From a virus, in IMG/VR virus record IMGVR_UViG_3300049044_000138: a stretch of DNA of 64,000 bases. One strand, written 5' to 3'. A program made the position numbers and the translations under genes. Below are positions 25,129 through 32,671 of this stretch, piece by piece. Position 1 is the stretch's first letter; every line of letters starts with the position of its first letter. The notes beneath the pieces were generated by a model. The model did no database searches. It worked only from the letters and a program-made list of their open reading frames with translations, and was not told where the DNA came from.

Positions 25129-25643
25129 AGCTGCGCCCTCCGCGTCTGCGCGCCCGTGGCGACGATCGTCACGACGCGGCGCTCGCTCGGGGACGGCTCT
25201 TCAACGACGATCGCGCCCGACTGGACCAGCCGCCGCACGCGGTAGGAGGCAGCGACCGCATCCTTTAGGCCGATACGCTTCGCCAGTTCGGCATTGGTCG
25301 GGCAGGGCAGTCCTTTGCTCGCGGCCTGCGCCAGGAGGCGCAGCACTGCCCGGGTCGTCATCTTCCCGTCATTCGCCGCCAGAGCAAACCGGCCCCGGTT
25401 GACCGGTTTGCGCGCGCGGACCTGTGAGGGCCGCGGATCTGACAGGCGCTGCGCTATGAAGCGGAAGCCGTCATCGCCTCGCTTGGCCGTCATCGTGACA
25501 AGGCCCTTTTCGTGCAGCGAGCGGACGTAGGCGCCGATGCCCTCGGCAGGACGGGCCCCGGTCGCATAAACGACATCATCGCCGGGCCGCGCAGCCTTCA
25601 CCCAATTGTCGAACTGGTCCGGTTTCATCATCATCTGCAACAT
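25125..25643 (-). CDS. Winged-HTH DNA-binding protein
   Basis: CPTNAELAKRIGLKDAVAASYRVRRLVQSGAI. Confidence 0.75.
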   Translation of the reverse strand: MLQMMMKPDQFDNWVKAARPGDDVVYATGARPAEGIGAYVRSLHEKGLVTMTAKRGDDGFRFIAQRLSDPRPSQVRARKPVNRGRFALAANDGKMTTRAVLRLLAQAASKGLPCPTNAELAKRIGLKDAVAASYRVRRLVQSGAIVVEEPSPSERRVVTIVATGAQTRRAQL

Positions 25644-26137
25644 CAGCCCCCCACCTCTTCGCGAAGCTGGGCCAGCAGCTGGACGCCAAGCGTCACCAGC
25701 TGCTCAGCGTCAGCAATCAGCGCATGATTCTTGATTTCGCGGGCGTCGATCCGCTGATCGTCGGCCAGGGACGCGCAGATCTTCGACGTGATCTCGGCCG
25801 CTTCGGTCGACAGCGCGCCGACATGCTTCAGCCAGTCACCCTTCGAGGCGCCCGTCTCCGGCAGTTTGTAGAGGTCGAAGCCATCGGCCCGAGCCAGCGC
25901 ATGGGTGATGTGCGGCCAGCCGGGCTTGCCCGCGCCAAGCGCCTGCACCTTGCGCACCAGATCGATCGGCATGAAGTCGGGCTTGTTCGGCGATCCATAA
26001 TCGCTGAACCGCGACTGAGCGCGACCGAGGCTTTCGGAAAGGAACTCCTGTCCGCCTGCCCCCCTGATCGCATCCTTCGTCGCCAACTTCAGAGCCAGAT
26101 CGGCGGGCTCTAGCGCCTGTTCCCCCCGTGAGCCCAT
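25643..26137 (-). CDS. CII-like phage regulatory protein
   Basis: Downstream of cro; LKLATK...FMPIDLV...ITHALAR pattern. Confidence 0.6.
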   Translation of the reverse strand: MGSRGEQALEPADLALKLATKDAIRGAGGQEFLSESLGRAQSRFSDYGSPNKPDFMPIDLVRKVQALGAGKPGWPHITHALARADGFDLYKLPETGASKGDWLKHVGALSTEAAEITSKICASLADDQRIDAREIKNHALIADAEQLVTLGVQLLAQLREEVGG

Positions 26138-26304
26138 TTCAGATGGACCCTCCGGGGCTTGCGACCCAAGTCATTCAAGAGCCTCCGATTTTTGATTGAA
26201 GCCATCAGGCGAAGAAACCCGTCGCGCTTTGGGGGAGCGACTGGACGCCGCCCCCACCGCCGCTACAGTCGCCGCTGCAACCACCACGACTGAAAGGATA
26301 ATCA

Positions 26305-26562
26305 ATGGCCGAAGCCGATCCCGCAGGTGAGGATCCTTACGAAGACATGCTGCTGGCCCTGCTACTGAGCCAGTCCAACCTGATCGCGACGCTGGCGAAA
26401 TTCGCTGAAGCAGCCGGGACGCCCCGCGAACTGCTATCGGCAGCCATGAACGACTATCTGGATGCGAACGATCGCGCGATTGCTTCAGAGCGGGTACGCC
26501 GGATGTTCCGCGACCAGCTTCAATGGCTGGCAGACCGTTACGATGCCAGTAATCGCGCATAG
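26305..26562 (+). CDS. Hypothetical protein antisense to the early operon, 85 aa
   Basis: Strong RBS (GAAAGGA) before ATG; helical amphipathic composition. Confidence 0.65.
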   Translation: MAEADPAGEDPYEDMLLALLLSQSNLIATLAKFAEAAGTPRELLSAAMNDYLDANDRAIASERVRRMFRDQLQWLADRYDASNRA

Positions 26563-26607
26563 CACTGGCCGAAACCTGAAGGGCTTGTTCGATGGCGGAC
26601 AAGTCTT

Positions 26608-26745
26608 TCACGCCTCTACCTTCTTCCATTCGATGGATTTCACCCGCCGCCAGATCCCGCCGTCGCGGATGGACACTGCCAAACGGTTTGCCTGCACATC
26701 GACCGCAGCCACGCGCACCAGCTTCACCTTGCCCATGTCCAGCAT
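26608..26745 (-). CDS. Small hypothetical protein, 45 aa (not in the ORF track)
   Basis: TGATG coupling to the cro stop; MLDMGKVKLVRVAAVD...KKVEA. Confidence 0.55.
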   Translation of the reverse strand: MLDMGKVKLVRVAAVDVQANRLAVSIRDGGIWRRVKSIEWKKVEA

Positions 26746-26984
26746 CACTCACCCCCTCCGATATTTTGATCTGAGCTATCGGGTGACGGAACCTGTTCCG
26801 CATCCGTATCAAGAGGCCACGGAAGCCCTTCGGCCTTCGCGGCGAGTTTCAGATGGGCGAGACGCGAAAGGGGAATGCCATTTTTCCGCCAGCTGTGGAC
26901 AGTCGAGGGGGGCACCAAGGTCATGCGCGAAACCGCAGTCGTCCCGCCCAATCCGTCGATAATATGGTTCGCTTCGTCGCTCAT
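26745..26984 (-). CDS. cro: Cro-like repressor
   Basis: IIDGLGGTTAVSRMTLVPPSTVHSWRKNGIP HTH; divergent from cI. Confidence 0.85.
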   Translation of the reverse strand: MSDEANHIIDGLGGTTAVSRMTLVPPSTVHSWRKNGIPLSRLAHLKLAAKAEGLPWPLDTDAEQVPSPDSSDQNIGGGE

Positions 26985-26995
26985 GGTCCGAGCTA

Positions 26996-27057
26996 TGCGA
27001 TAATCGCACAGTCTAAGCAAGTGAATTTATGCGACAATAGCAATTGCAGCCATCGCA
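26996..27057. promoter_or_regulatory. Three operator sites between cro and cI
   Basis: TGCGAT-A-ATCGCA (26996-27008), TGCGAC-A-ATAGCA (27030-27042), TGCAGC-C-ATCGCA (27045-27057). Confidence 0.75.
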
Positions 27058-27077
27058 TGGGTTCGCAATCTCGAGGC

Positions 27078-27635
27078 ATGGACCCCGAAGAGATCTTACA
27101 GCTGCTGGACGCGCGCGGAATTAGCCAATCCGAGCTGGCGCGACGGATCGACCTTGATCAGGATAAGCTCAACAAATCGCTGCGCGGAAAACGGAAAATC
27201 AGCGTGAAGGAGATGGAGGCCATCAAAGCCGTCTTGATCCAAGAGCATGCGCAGCCTACCCGTTCGATCCCAGTGATAGGTCAGATCTCAGCAGGCAACT
27301 GGCGCGAAGCGATCCAGCATCCGATCGACGCAATCCCCATGCCGGATAGCTCGATCCCGCCCCGCGCATTTGGCCTCCGCGTCAGTGGCGATTCGATGGA
27401 TCTCTTGGTCGATGATGGCGCGCTGATCATCGTGGACCCGGATGACCGGGTCCTCTTCAATGATAGATATTACGCTGTTTTGAACGCAGACGGCGAAGCC
27501 ACGTTCAAGCAATTTAAGACCGACCCCGCTCGGCTCGCGCCTTGCTCGACAAACCCCGCCCATCGCGAGATCGTTCTGGGTGATGAGTTCTATGAGGTGA
27601 TCGGCCGGATAATCTGGCGCGCCTCTCGGATGTAA
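27078..27635 (+). CDS. cI: CI repressor (HTH + S24 autopeptidase)
   Basis: ISQSELARRI HTH; Ala-Gly cleavage site (ISAGNW); GDSM and TFKQ Ser-Lys dyad; start 27078 or 27057. Confidence 0.92.
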   Translation: MDPEEILQLLDARGISQSELARRIDLDQDKLNKSLRGKRKISVKEMEAIKAVLIQEHAQPTRSIPVIGQISAGNWREAIQHPIDAIPMPDSSIPPRAFGLRVSGDSMDLLVDDGALIIVDPDDRVLFNDRYYAVLNADGEATFKQFKTDPARLAPCSTNPAHREIVLGDEFYEVIGRIIWRASRM

Positions 27636-27855
27636 TCAGCTCCTGCACTTGCTCCTGCGTCATGCCGATCTCATCCGGCCGAACCTCCTTCACCTGAATG
27701 TCGCCAGGGACCACATCAAAGTAGCTTCCCCACTCATCGAAGGCGCCCAATCCGGCCGCAACGGCCTCCCGTCGCGCCTGCATTAGCCGAAGCCGCCAAG
27801 GCCCCACAGGCTTACCAAACGACACCACGCGATAGGCATTGATCTTCGTGAACAT
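27514..27855 (-). CDS. Hypothetical protein convergent with and overlapping the cI 3' end; SOS box upstream
   Basis: ATG 27855 after AGGGTGAG; YRVVSFGKPVGPWR...GLGAFDEWG; 122-nt antisense overlap with cI. Confidence 0.7.
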   Translation of the reverse strand: MFTKINAYRVVSFGKPVGPWRLRLMQARREAVAAGLGAFDEWGSYFDVVPGDIQVKEVRPDEIGMTQEQVQELITSERRARLSGRSPHRTHHPERSRDGRGLSSKARAERGRS

Positions 27856-27892
27856 TCTCGACTCACCCTGTCTCTGAGAAGGCCCGGAATAA

Positions 27893-27907
27893 GAACAAAG
27901 ATTGAAC
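27893..27907. promoter_or_regulatory. Alphaproteobacterial LexA box
   Basis: GAAC-AAAGATT-GAAC (GTTC-N7-GTTC on minus), just downstream of a minus-strand TTGATA (27916-27911). Confidence 0.75.
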
Positions 27908-27929
27908 AAATATCAACGGCATGCCGCCG

Positions 27930-27984
27930 CTATGCGATCATCGCATAGATATATATTGACAGATGTATTGCGATAATCGCATAG
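27930..27984 (+). promoter_or_regulatory. Operator-flanked promoter of the rightward accessory/int operon
   Basis: Perfect palindrome CTATGCGAT-C-ATCGCATAG (27930-27948), TTGACA (27956-27961), TGCGAT-A-ATCGCA (27969-27981). Confidence 0.75.
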
Positions 27985-28013
27985 GTTGCCCCTCGCAACA
28001 GAGGGAGGCAATC

Positions 28014-28463
28014 TTGCTTCAGGTCGAAAACTCCTTTCCATTTCCCGGCAGCGTCGCATTGCTGCACGGATTGCGCTGGCGCGTGCTCAGCCATGCAGCT
28101 GATCAAACTGCGCTCCTGAGCCGCATCGGCCCCAACACTGCACTGACGCGTCGCGCACCGATCGGCGATCTAGTCGATCCAAAGATCGCAGACGAGAACG
28201 CGATCATCGCGCTCACCGACGCGAGCGAGGCGAGCGCTCGCATTGGCCTGTTCATTGCCCGCCACCTGCGCGACGCCAACGAGATCGCCATGGCGACCCT
28301 ACGCCGGCAACTGGCTGAAGCCGCCCGCGAGGGGCGCATTCCCGACCCCCGCGACAACTTCCAGATCGCCATGCTCCTGCGCCGTCTGGGCTGGCGCAAG
28401 GCAGGCTACGTCCAGGACAGCGGGGGCATGACCGCCCGCTACGTTCGGAGCGCCGCGAAGTGA
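28014..28463 (+). CDS. Hypothetical protein
   Basis: TTG start after a GGAGG RBS; LLRRLGWRK C-terminal HTH-like segment. Confidence 0.65.
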   Translation: MLQVENSFPFPGSVALLHGLRWRVLSHAADQTALLSRIGPNTALTRRAPIGDLVDPKIADENAIIALTDASEASARIGLFIARHLRDANEIAMATLRRQLAEAAREGRIPDPRDNFQIAMLLRRLGWRKAGYVQDSGGMTARYVRSAAK

Positions 28464-28636
28464 GCGCGGCCGCTGTCGTCATCTTCAGCAGCGCCTGGTT
28501 CGCGCTGGCGATCATCTGCGGGATGCTGGCCGAATACCGCCACAAGATCTCCGCCGCCCTCCGGTTCGAGCCGATCCCGAGTGAGCAGCGATTCCGCGCC
28601 GGTCAGCCAGTCATCACCGTCAGGAGGCGCGCGTGA
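28460..28636 (+). CDS. Small membrane protein, 58 aa (not in the ORF track)
   Basis: GTGA coupling at both ends; hydrophobic N-terminus AVVIFSSAWFALAIICGML. Confidence 0.55.
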   Translation: MSAAAVVIFSSAWFALAIICGMLAEYRHKISAALRFEPIPSEQRFRAGQPVITVRRRA

Positions 28637-28926
28637 TCGTCATCATTCACGGCCCTATGGCCAGCGGCAAGACTTTCCACAGCAAGGCCTTCGCCAAGCA
28701 CTTCGGCTGTTCGCACATTGCAGATTGGGATCGCCATGGGCAGCCGCTGCCCAACAGCAACAGCCTCTTGGTCCTCACCAATGACCACCCCCGGCGCGCC
28801 GAATCCGCGATCAGGAAGCGCAACCCAGACGCGAAGATCCGCATCATCTCGATACGGATTGCGCGCCTTGCGATCGGCGTCGCCCCGATCGCACCGCCGC
28901 TGCCTCCCAGGAGGGCCGCACGATGA
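28633..28926 (+). CDS. Minimal P-loop protein, 97 aa
   Basis: VIIHGPMASGKT Walker A at the N-terminus. Confidence 0.7.
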   Translation: MIVIIHGPMASGKTFHSKAFAKHFGCSHIADWDRHGQPLPNSNSLLVLTNDHPRRAESAIRKRNPDAKIRIISIRIARLAIGVAPIAPPLPPRRAAR

Positions 28927-29225
28927 GCATGGAATATATCCGCTCCTACTATGGCGTGCCCGCGCAGCCGGGCGGCCGCGTCCGCTACAGCGGCGGTCGA
29001 TACCCAATGGAAGGAACCATAGACGACGCCCAGGGCGCCTATCTCATGATCCGCCTCGACGGCCAACGACACGCCATGCCCTACCATCCGACATGGAAGA
29101 TCGAATATCTTCCCGAAGAGACCAACGCGTCGAGCCGTCCTGAAATCACACACGACGCGGACTGCCTGTCGTTCTTCATCGCCCACCCAGGGCCGTGCGA
29201 CTGCTCGGCCAGCCGCAATGCCTAA
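28923..29225 (+). CDS. Hypothetical phage protein
   Basis: YIRSYYGVPA...GGRV...YHPTW; ATGA coupling. Confidence 0.75.
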   Translation: MSMEYIRSYYGVPAQPGGRVRYSGGRYPMEGTIDDAQGAYLMIRLDGQRHAMPYHPTWKIEYLPEETNASSRPEITHDADCLSFFIAHPGPCDCSASRNA

Positions 29226-29592
29226 GGCGACGCCTGCCCAGCTGCACCAGTTCGCCCAGGACGAACGGACGCGCCGCAAGGCTGCGTTCAAGGCAGCTGG
29301 GCAGGCGCTGTCCGATCGCGCTCAGCAGGACGATATCATCTGGTCCAACATCGAGCAGATGGCCGGCCTCGAAGCAGGCGATCCCATCTGCCTGAAGCGC
29401 GAGCCTCGCTATTGGAACAGGGCTCAACGGATCATCATGGCGCGCAGCGCATGGGCAACGGCGTGCAAGGCTGAGGACAGCCTGGACGCGTCGGTGCCCG
29501 CGAATCTCGAAAAAATCACCGCACTTTGGTGGCTTTTCCGCTGGCTGAAGCCGGTGGGCTGGTCGCCCTACATCAGCGAAACCGCCGCATGA
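29218..29592 (+). CDS. Hypothetical protein
   Basis: 124 aa coupled operon gene. Confidence 0.65.
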   Translation: MPKATPAQLHQFAQDERTRRKAAFKAAGQALSDRAQQDDIIWSNIEQMAGLEAGDPICLKREPRYWNRAQRIIMARSAWATACKAEDSLDASVPANLEKITALWWLFRWLKPVGWSPYISETAA

Positions 29593-29801
29593 ACGCGTTC
29601 AGCGTCCTCGATCTCGCGCTGGCCATTGCCGAAGACATGGCGGCAGAGGATGCTGCGCGCGAGTTCGAATCACAGAGAGACTTCACCCATGAGCTGGGCA
29701 CCGGAAGGCACCCGCGTCGCAATCTACGCGCGCTTCAGCACGGACATGCAGAACGCCCTAAGCGCCGAGGATCAGATCAGGCTCTGTCGAGCCTACGCTG
29801 A
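29589..29801 (+). CDS. Small ORF overlapping the integrase start
   Basis: ATGA coupling to the upstream gene; 70 aa; 3' half overlaps int out of frame. Confidence 0.4.
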   Translation: MNAFSVLDLALAIAEDMAAEDAAREFESQRDFTHELGTGRHPRRNLRALQHGHAERPKRRGSDQALSSLR

Positions 29802-31335
29802 ACGGCAGGGCTGGCAGGTCGTCGACGCCTATTCTGACGCGGCCATTTCAGGACAGAACAAGCACCGCCCCGGGCTGAACGCGATGCTCGCCGCCGCCGA
29901 TCGGCGCGACTTCGATATCGTCCTTTCGGAATCGCTCGACCGTATCGCCCGCGATCTAGGCGACACGGCCGAGATCTACCGCCGCCTGGAGTTCGCCAGG
30001 GTCGCGCTGTTCACCTGCTCCGACAACCGCGTAACCGAACTTCACATCGGCTTCATCGGCACGATGAGCGCCCTCTACGTGAAGGAGCTGGGCAGCAAGA
30101 TCCGCCGAGGCGGGAAGGGGCAGGTCGGACGCGGCCGAGTGCCGGGCGGCCGCTGCTATGGCTATGACGTGACGCCGGTCGTGAACAGCGACGGATCGGT
30201 CGAGTTCGGGCACCGCGCCATCAATGAGGAAGAGGCCGCGGTCGTCCGCCGGATCTTCCGGGAATATGCCGAAGGCGTCCCGCCTCGCACCATCGCCCAC
30301 AAGTTGAACGCGGAAGGCGTCCCTTCGCCGCGCGGCACCGAATGGCGCGCAAGCACCATCAACGGGTCGGCAGCACGTGACTATGGCATCCTGCGCAACC
30401 CGATCTATGTCGGTCGCATCCGCTACGGCCGCGTCCGCATGGTGCGCGACCCCAATTCCCGCAAGCGGCTGTCGCGGGTCGACGTCCAGCCGGACATTGT
30501 CGAGGGCGAAGCGCCACACCTGCGCATCATCGACGATGCGCTCTGGTCGATCGTCCAGGAGCGGAAAGAAGATCTCGCCCATGTCCCGTTCCATCGGCAG
30601 CGCCGGGCGCGGCATGTGTTGAGCGGCCTGGTCCGGTGCGGATGCGGCGGCACTTATACGATAGTGTCGAAAGACCGTTGGGCCTGCTCCCGGCATAAGG
30701 AGGCGGGCACCTGCGACAATGGCCGCCGGATCTCCACCGGCCGCCTTGAACAGCGGGTTCTATCCGGCCTGCAGGACCGGCTCCTAGATCCGGAGATCAT
30801 CCGCGCAGTGGTGAAACGTTATCATGATGCGCGGACGCAAGCGCGAGCAAAACTCCAGTCTTCGCGCTACCGGGCAGAGGAACGGGTCGACCAGCTGAAG
30901 GGCGAGATCCGCAACCTGGTCAACGCGATCGCCGCCGGTGCCGACATGGATGAAGTGAAAGAAGCGCTGAAGGACCGCAAGGCAGCGCTCGCGTCGGCCG
31001 AAGCCGCCTTGGCCGAGCATGAAGCCGTCCCGGCCATCATCCTGCATCCACAGATCGTCGAAGCATACCGGCGCAAGATCCGCCAGCTGGGCGACGCGCT
31101 CACCAGTGGCGAGCAGGCACAGAAATATCTCCCGATGATCCGCGACCTGGTCGAGGCCGTGATTGTGCGGGATGACGAAAACGCGCCCGATCGCGCGTCC
31201 CTGGAGCTGGTCGGAAATCTGTCAGCAGTGCTTGCGATCGCGACAGGAAAGCCTGTGCCAATGAAGCGGACTGTAAAGGTGGTAGCGGAGGAACGTTACC
31301 GCCTCGACAGTCCGCTGAAGAAGTTCCGGGTTTAG
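29689..31335 (+). CDS. int: Large serine integrase
   Basis: AIYARFST catalytic Ser; SESLDRIAR; recombinase domain (GRCYGY, LRNPIYVG); zinc ribbon (CGCGG...C...C); coiled coil; likely start 29689. Confidence 0.95.
   Translation: MSWAPEGTRVAIYARFSTDMQNALSAEDQIRLCRAYAERQGWQVVDAYSDAAISGQNKHRPGLNAMLAAADRRDFDIVLSESLDRIARDLGDTAEIYRRLEFARVALFTCSDNRVTELHIGFIGTMSALYVKELGSKIRRGGKGQVGRGRVPGGRCYGYDVTPVVNSDGSVEFGHRAINEEEAAVVRRIFREYAEGVPPRTIAHKLNAEGVPSPRGTEWRASTINGSAARDYGILRNPIYVGRIRYGRVRMVRDPNSRKRLSRVDVQPDIVEGEAPHLRIIDDALWSIVQERKEDLAHVPFHRQRRARHVLSGLVRCGCGGTYTIVSKDRWACSRHKEAGTCDNGRRISTGRLEQRVLSGLQDRLLDPEIIRAVVKRYHDARTQARAKLQSSRYRAEERVDQLKGEIRNLVNAIAAGADMDEVKEALKDRKAALASAEAALAEHEAVPAIILHPQIVEAYRRKIRQLGDALTSGEQAQKYLPMIRDLVEAVIVRDDENAPDRASLELVGNLSAVLAIATGKPVPMKRTVKVVAEERYRLDSPLKKFRV
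31265..31316. other. Putative attP inside the integrase 3' end
   Basis: Imperfect 52-bp palindrome AGCGGACTGT-AA-AGGTGGTAGCG-GAGGAA-CGTTACCGCCT-CG-ACAGTCCGCT centred on GG 31290/31291; minus strand TCCTCCGCTACCA resembles a tRNA 3' end. Confidence 0.75.
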
Positions 31336-31640
31336 CGGCTTTTGCTCGGCGTTCCGGCGACTTCGGCATTGTGCCGGATGATCTCGGCACGGCTTTCGAC
31401 ATAAGCATTGACGACCGCAGCATGGCGCAGCCGGCATTCATCGTTCAGAGCGGCGTTAGGGTTCGTCACCCTCGCCAGCGTTGCCCAGCGCTGGTCCGGC
31501 AGCTGCTGGAGCGTGGGGCAAGGGGCACTCAATTCCGCCGTCAGCTCGGCGGGCACAGGTGCTGCTGGCGAGGGCGGCGTTAAGCGACCGCCACAGGCCG
31601 TCAGACATGCGAGCATCAGAACGGGCAAGAAACGGATCAT
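31332..31640 (-). CDS. o-spanin (Rz1-like lipoprotein)
   Basis: Lipobox LACLTAC; Pro-rich; overlaps the i-spanin gene. Confidence 0.8.
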   Translation of the reverse strand: MIRFLPVLMLACLTACGGRLTPPSPAAPVPAELTAELSAPCPTLQQLPDQRWATLARVTNPNAALNDECRLRHAAVVNAYVESRAEIIRHNAEVAGTPSKSR

Positions 31641-31920
31641 CGGCGATCTCCTTTTCGATGGCGGGCTGAATGACGGTCCCGTGATAGGTCCGGACGGCCG
31701 CGAGGCCTTCGGCCAGCGCCCGATCGTTTGTCGTGACGATCGTCGCCAACCTGCCTTCGCTACGGCGCAATAGGATGGCGAACGTCGCGGCTGATTCTGC
31801 GCGCTGCAGCTGCTCATCCTTCTGCGCGCGATCATAGCCGCGCTGGTCGATATACCAGACGGCACCGATGATAGCGGCGACCGCCAGAAGGTGCGGCCAG
31901 ATGCGGGATAAGATCGCCAT
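31456..31920 (-). CDS. i-spanin (Rz-like)
   Basis: N-terminal TM (LLAVAAIIGAVWYI) followed by a helical periplasmic domain. Confidence 0.75.
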   Translation of the reverse strand: MAILSRIWPHLLAVAAIIGAVWYIDQRGYDRAQKDEQLQRAESAATFAILLRRSEGRLATIVTTNDRALAEGLAAVRTYHGTVIQPAIEKEIADDPFLARSDARMSDGLWRSLNAALASSTCARRADGGIECPLPHAPAAAGPALGNAGEGDEP

Positions 31921-31975
31921 CACGCATCCTCCCATGTGCAGCCATAGAAGACGATGAGCCAGGGCAGGAGGAAGA

Positions 31976-32146
31976 TCATTGCTCCCCCACCTTTCCATCG
32001 GGGACCAGCGCACCCAGCGTGCCGCAGACCAGGCTGAGCCAACTGAAAGGGCTCGGCAGGACAGCCGCGCCCGAAATGGCCATACCGATGCCAACGAAGG
32101 TCGACCGCTCTTGCAGGCGCGATCGGAGCCAACGCAGGGCCCTCAT
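31976..32146 (-). CDS. Putative holin, 56 aa
   Basis: ATGA overlap with the endolysin stop; two short hydrophobic segments. Confidence 0.55.
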   Translation of the reverse strand: MRALRWLRSRLQERSTFVGIGMAISGAAVLPSPFSWLSLVCGTLGALVPDGKVGEQ

Positions 32147-32658
32147 GCCTCATTCCTCGACACAGGCACGCCAGCGGCCGTCAGCTTCACCGGGCCGCCG
32201 ATCACCGGGACGAGCGCAGGCCAGCGCCGTGCGACGCAGCGCGCCTTCTCCAGCCGCATGATGCTCACCCGATCGCCCTGATTGCCGCCCAGAACATGGT
32301 AGTGCGTCGGATCTTCGCCCACATAGAAGGCGACGTGCCCGCCACCCGCTCGATCGAACACAAGGATAGCGCCAGGCGCGAGCCGATCGGCCGCGATCGA
32401 TAGCCCCCATGTCGCCCAAGCCTTGGCCCGCACGCCGACCTTCATGGTCGACAGGTCGGCACCGGCGACGCGGAGGCAGTGCGCTACGAAAAGCCCGCAC
32501 CAGGGCACACTATCGGCATTGTAGGCGATGCCCAGGATCTTCAGGCCGAGAAGCTTTGCCCAGCCGAGGATTGTTGTATTGTTCGCAGCGCCGGCCGCTT
32601 CACGCGTGCCGATCAGTTGCCGCGCGGCCAGCAGCCACGCGGGTTCGGTCGAACCCAT
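32143..32658 (-). CDS. Putative endolysin, TIGR02594/NlpC-P60-like Cys-His peptidase
   Basis: PAWLLAAR...VPWCGLFVAHCL...GGHVAFY...VLGGNQ; lysis-cassette position. Confidence 0.8.
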   Translation of the reverse strand: MGSTEPAWLLAARQLIGTREAAGAANNTTILGWAKLLGLKILGIAYNADSVPWCGLFVAHCLRVAGADLSTMKVGVRAKAWATWGLSIAADRLAPGAILVFDRAGGGHVAFYVGEDPTHYHVLGGNQGDRVSIMRLEKARCVARRWPALVPVIGGPVKLTAAGVPVSRNEA

Positions 32659-32671
32659 CTCATTCTCCCAT

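Noticed and set aside
29626-29688. Longer integrase start given in the ORF track
   Set aside because: The catalytic domain begins just after ATG 29689, which has a GAGAG upstream; the extension overlaps another ORF.
24536-29801. Recognisable toxin-antitoxin, anti-CRISPR or defence system among the small early genes
   Set aside because: No family motif I can support; left as hypothetical proteins.
31280-31292. A tRNA gene
   Set aside because: Only 13 nt of a tRNA-like 3' end; no cloverleaf. Treated as att homology.
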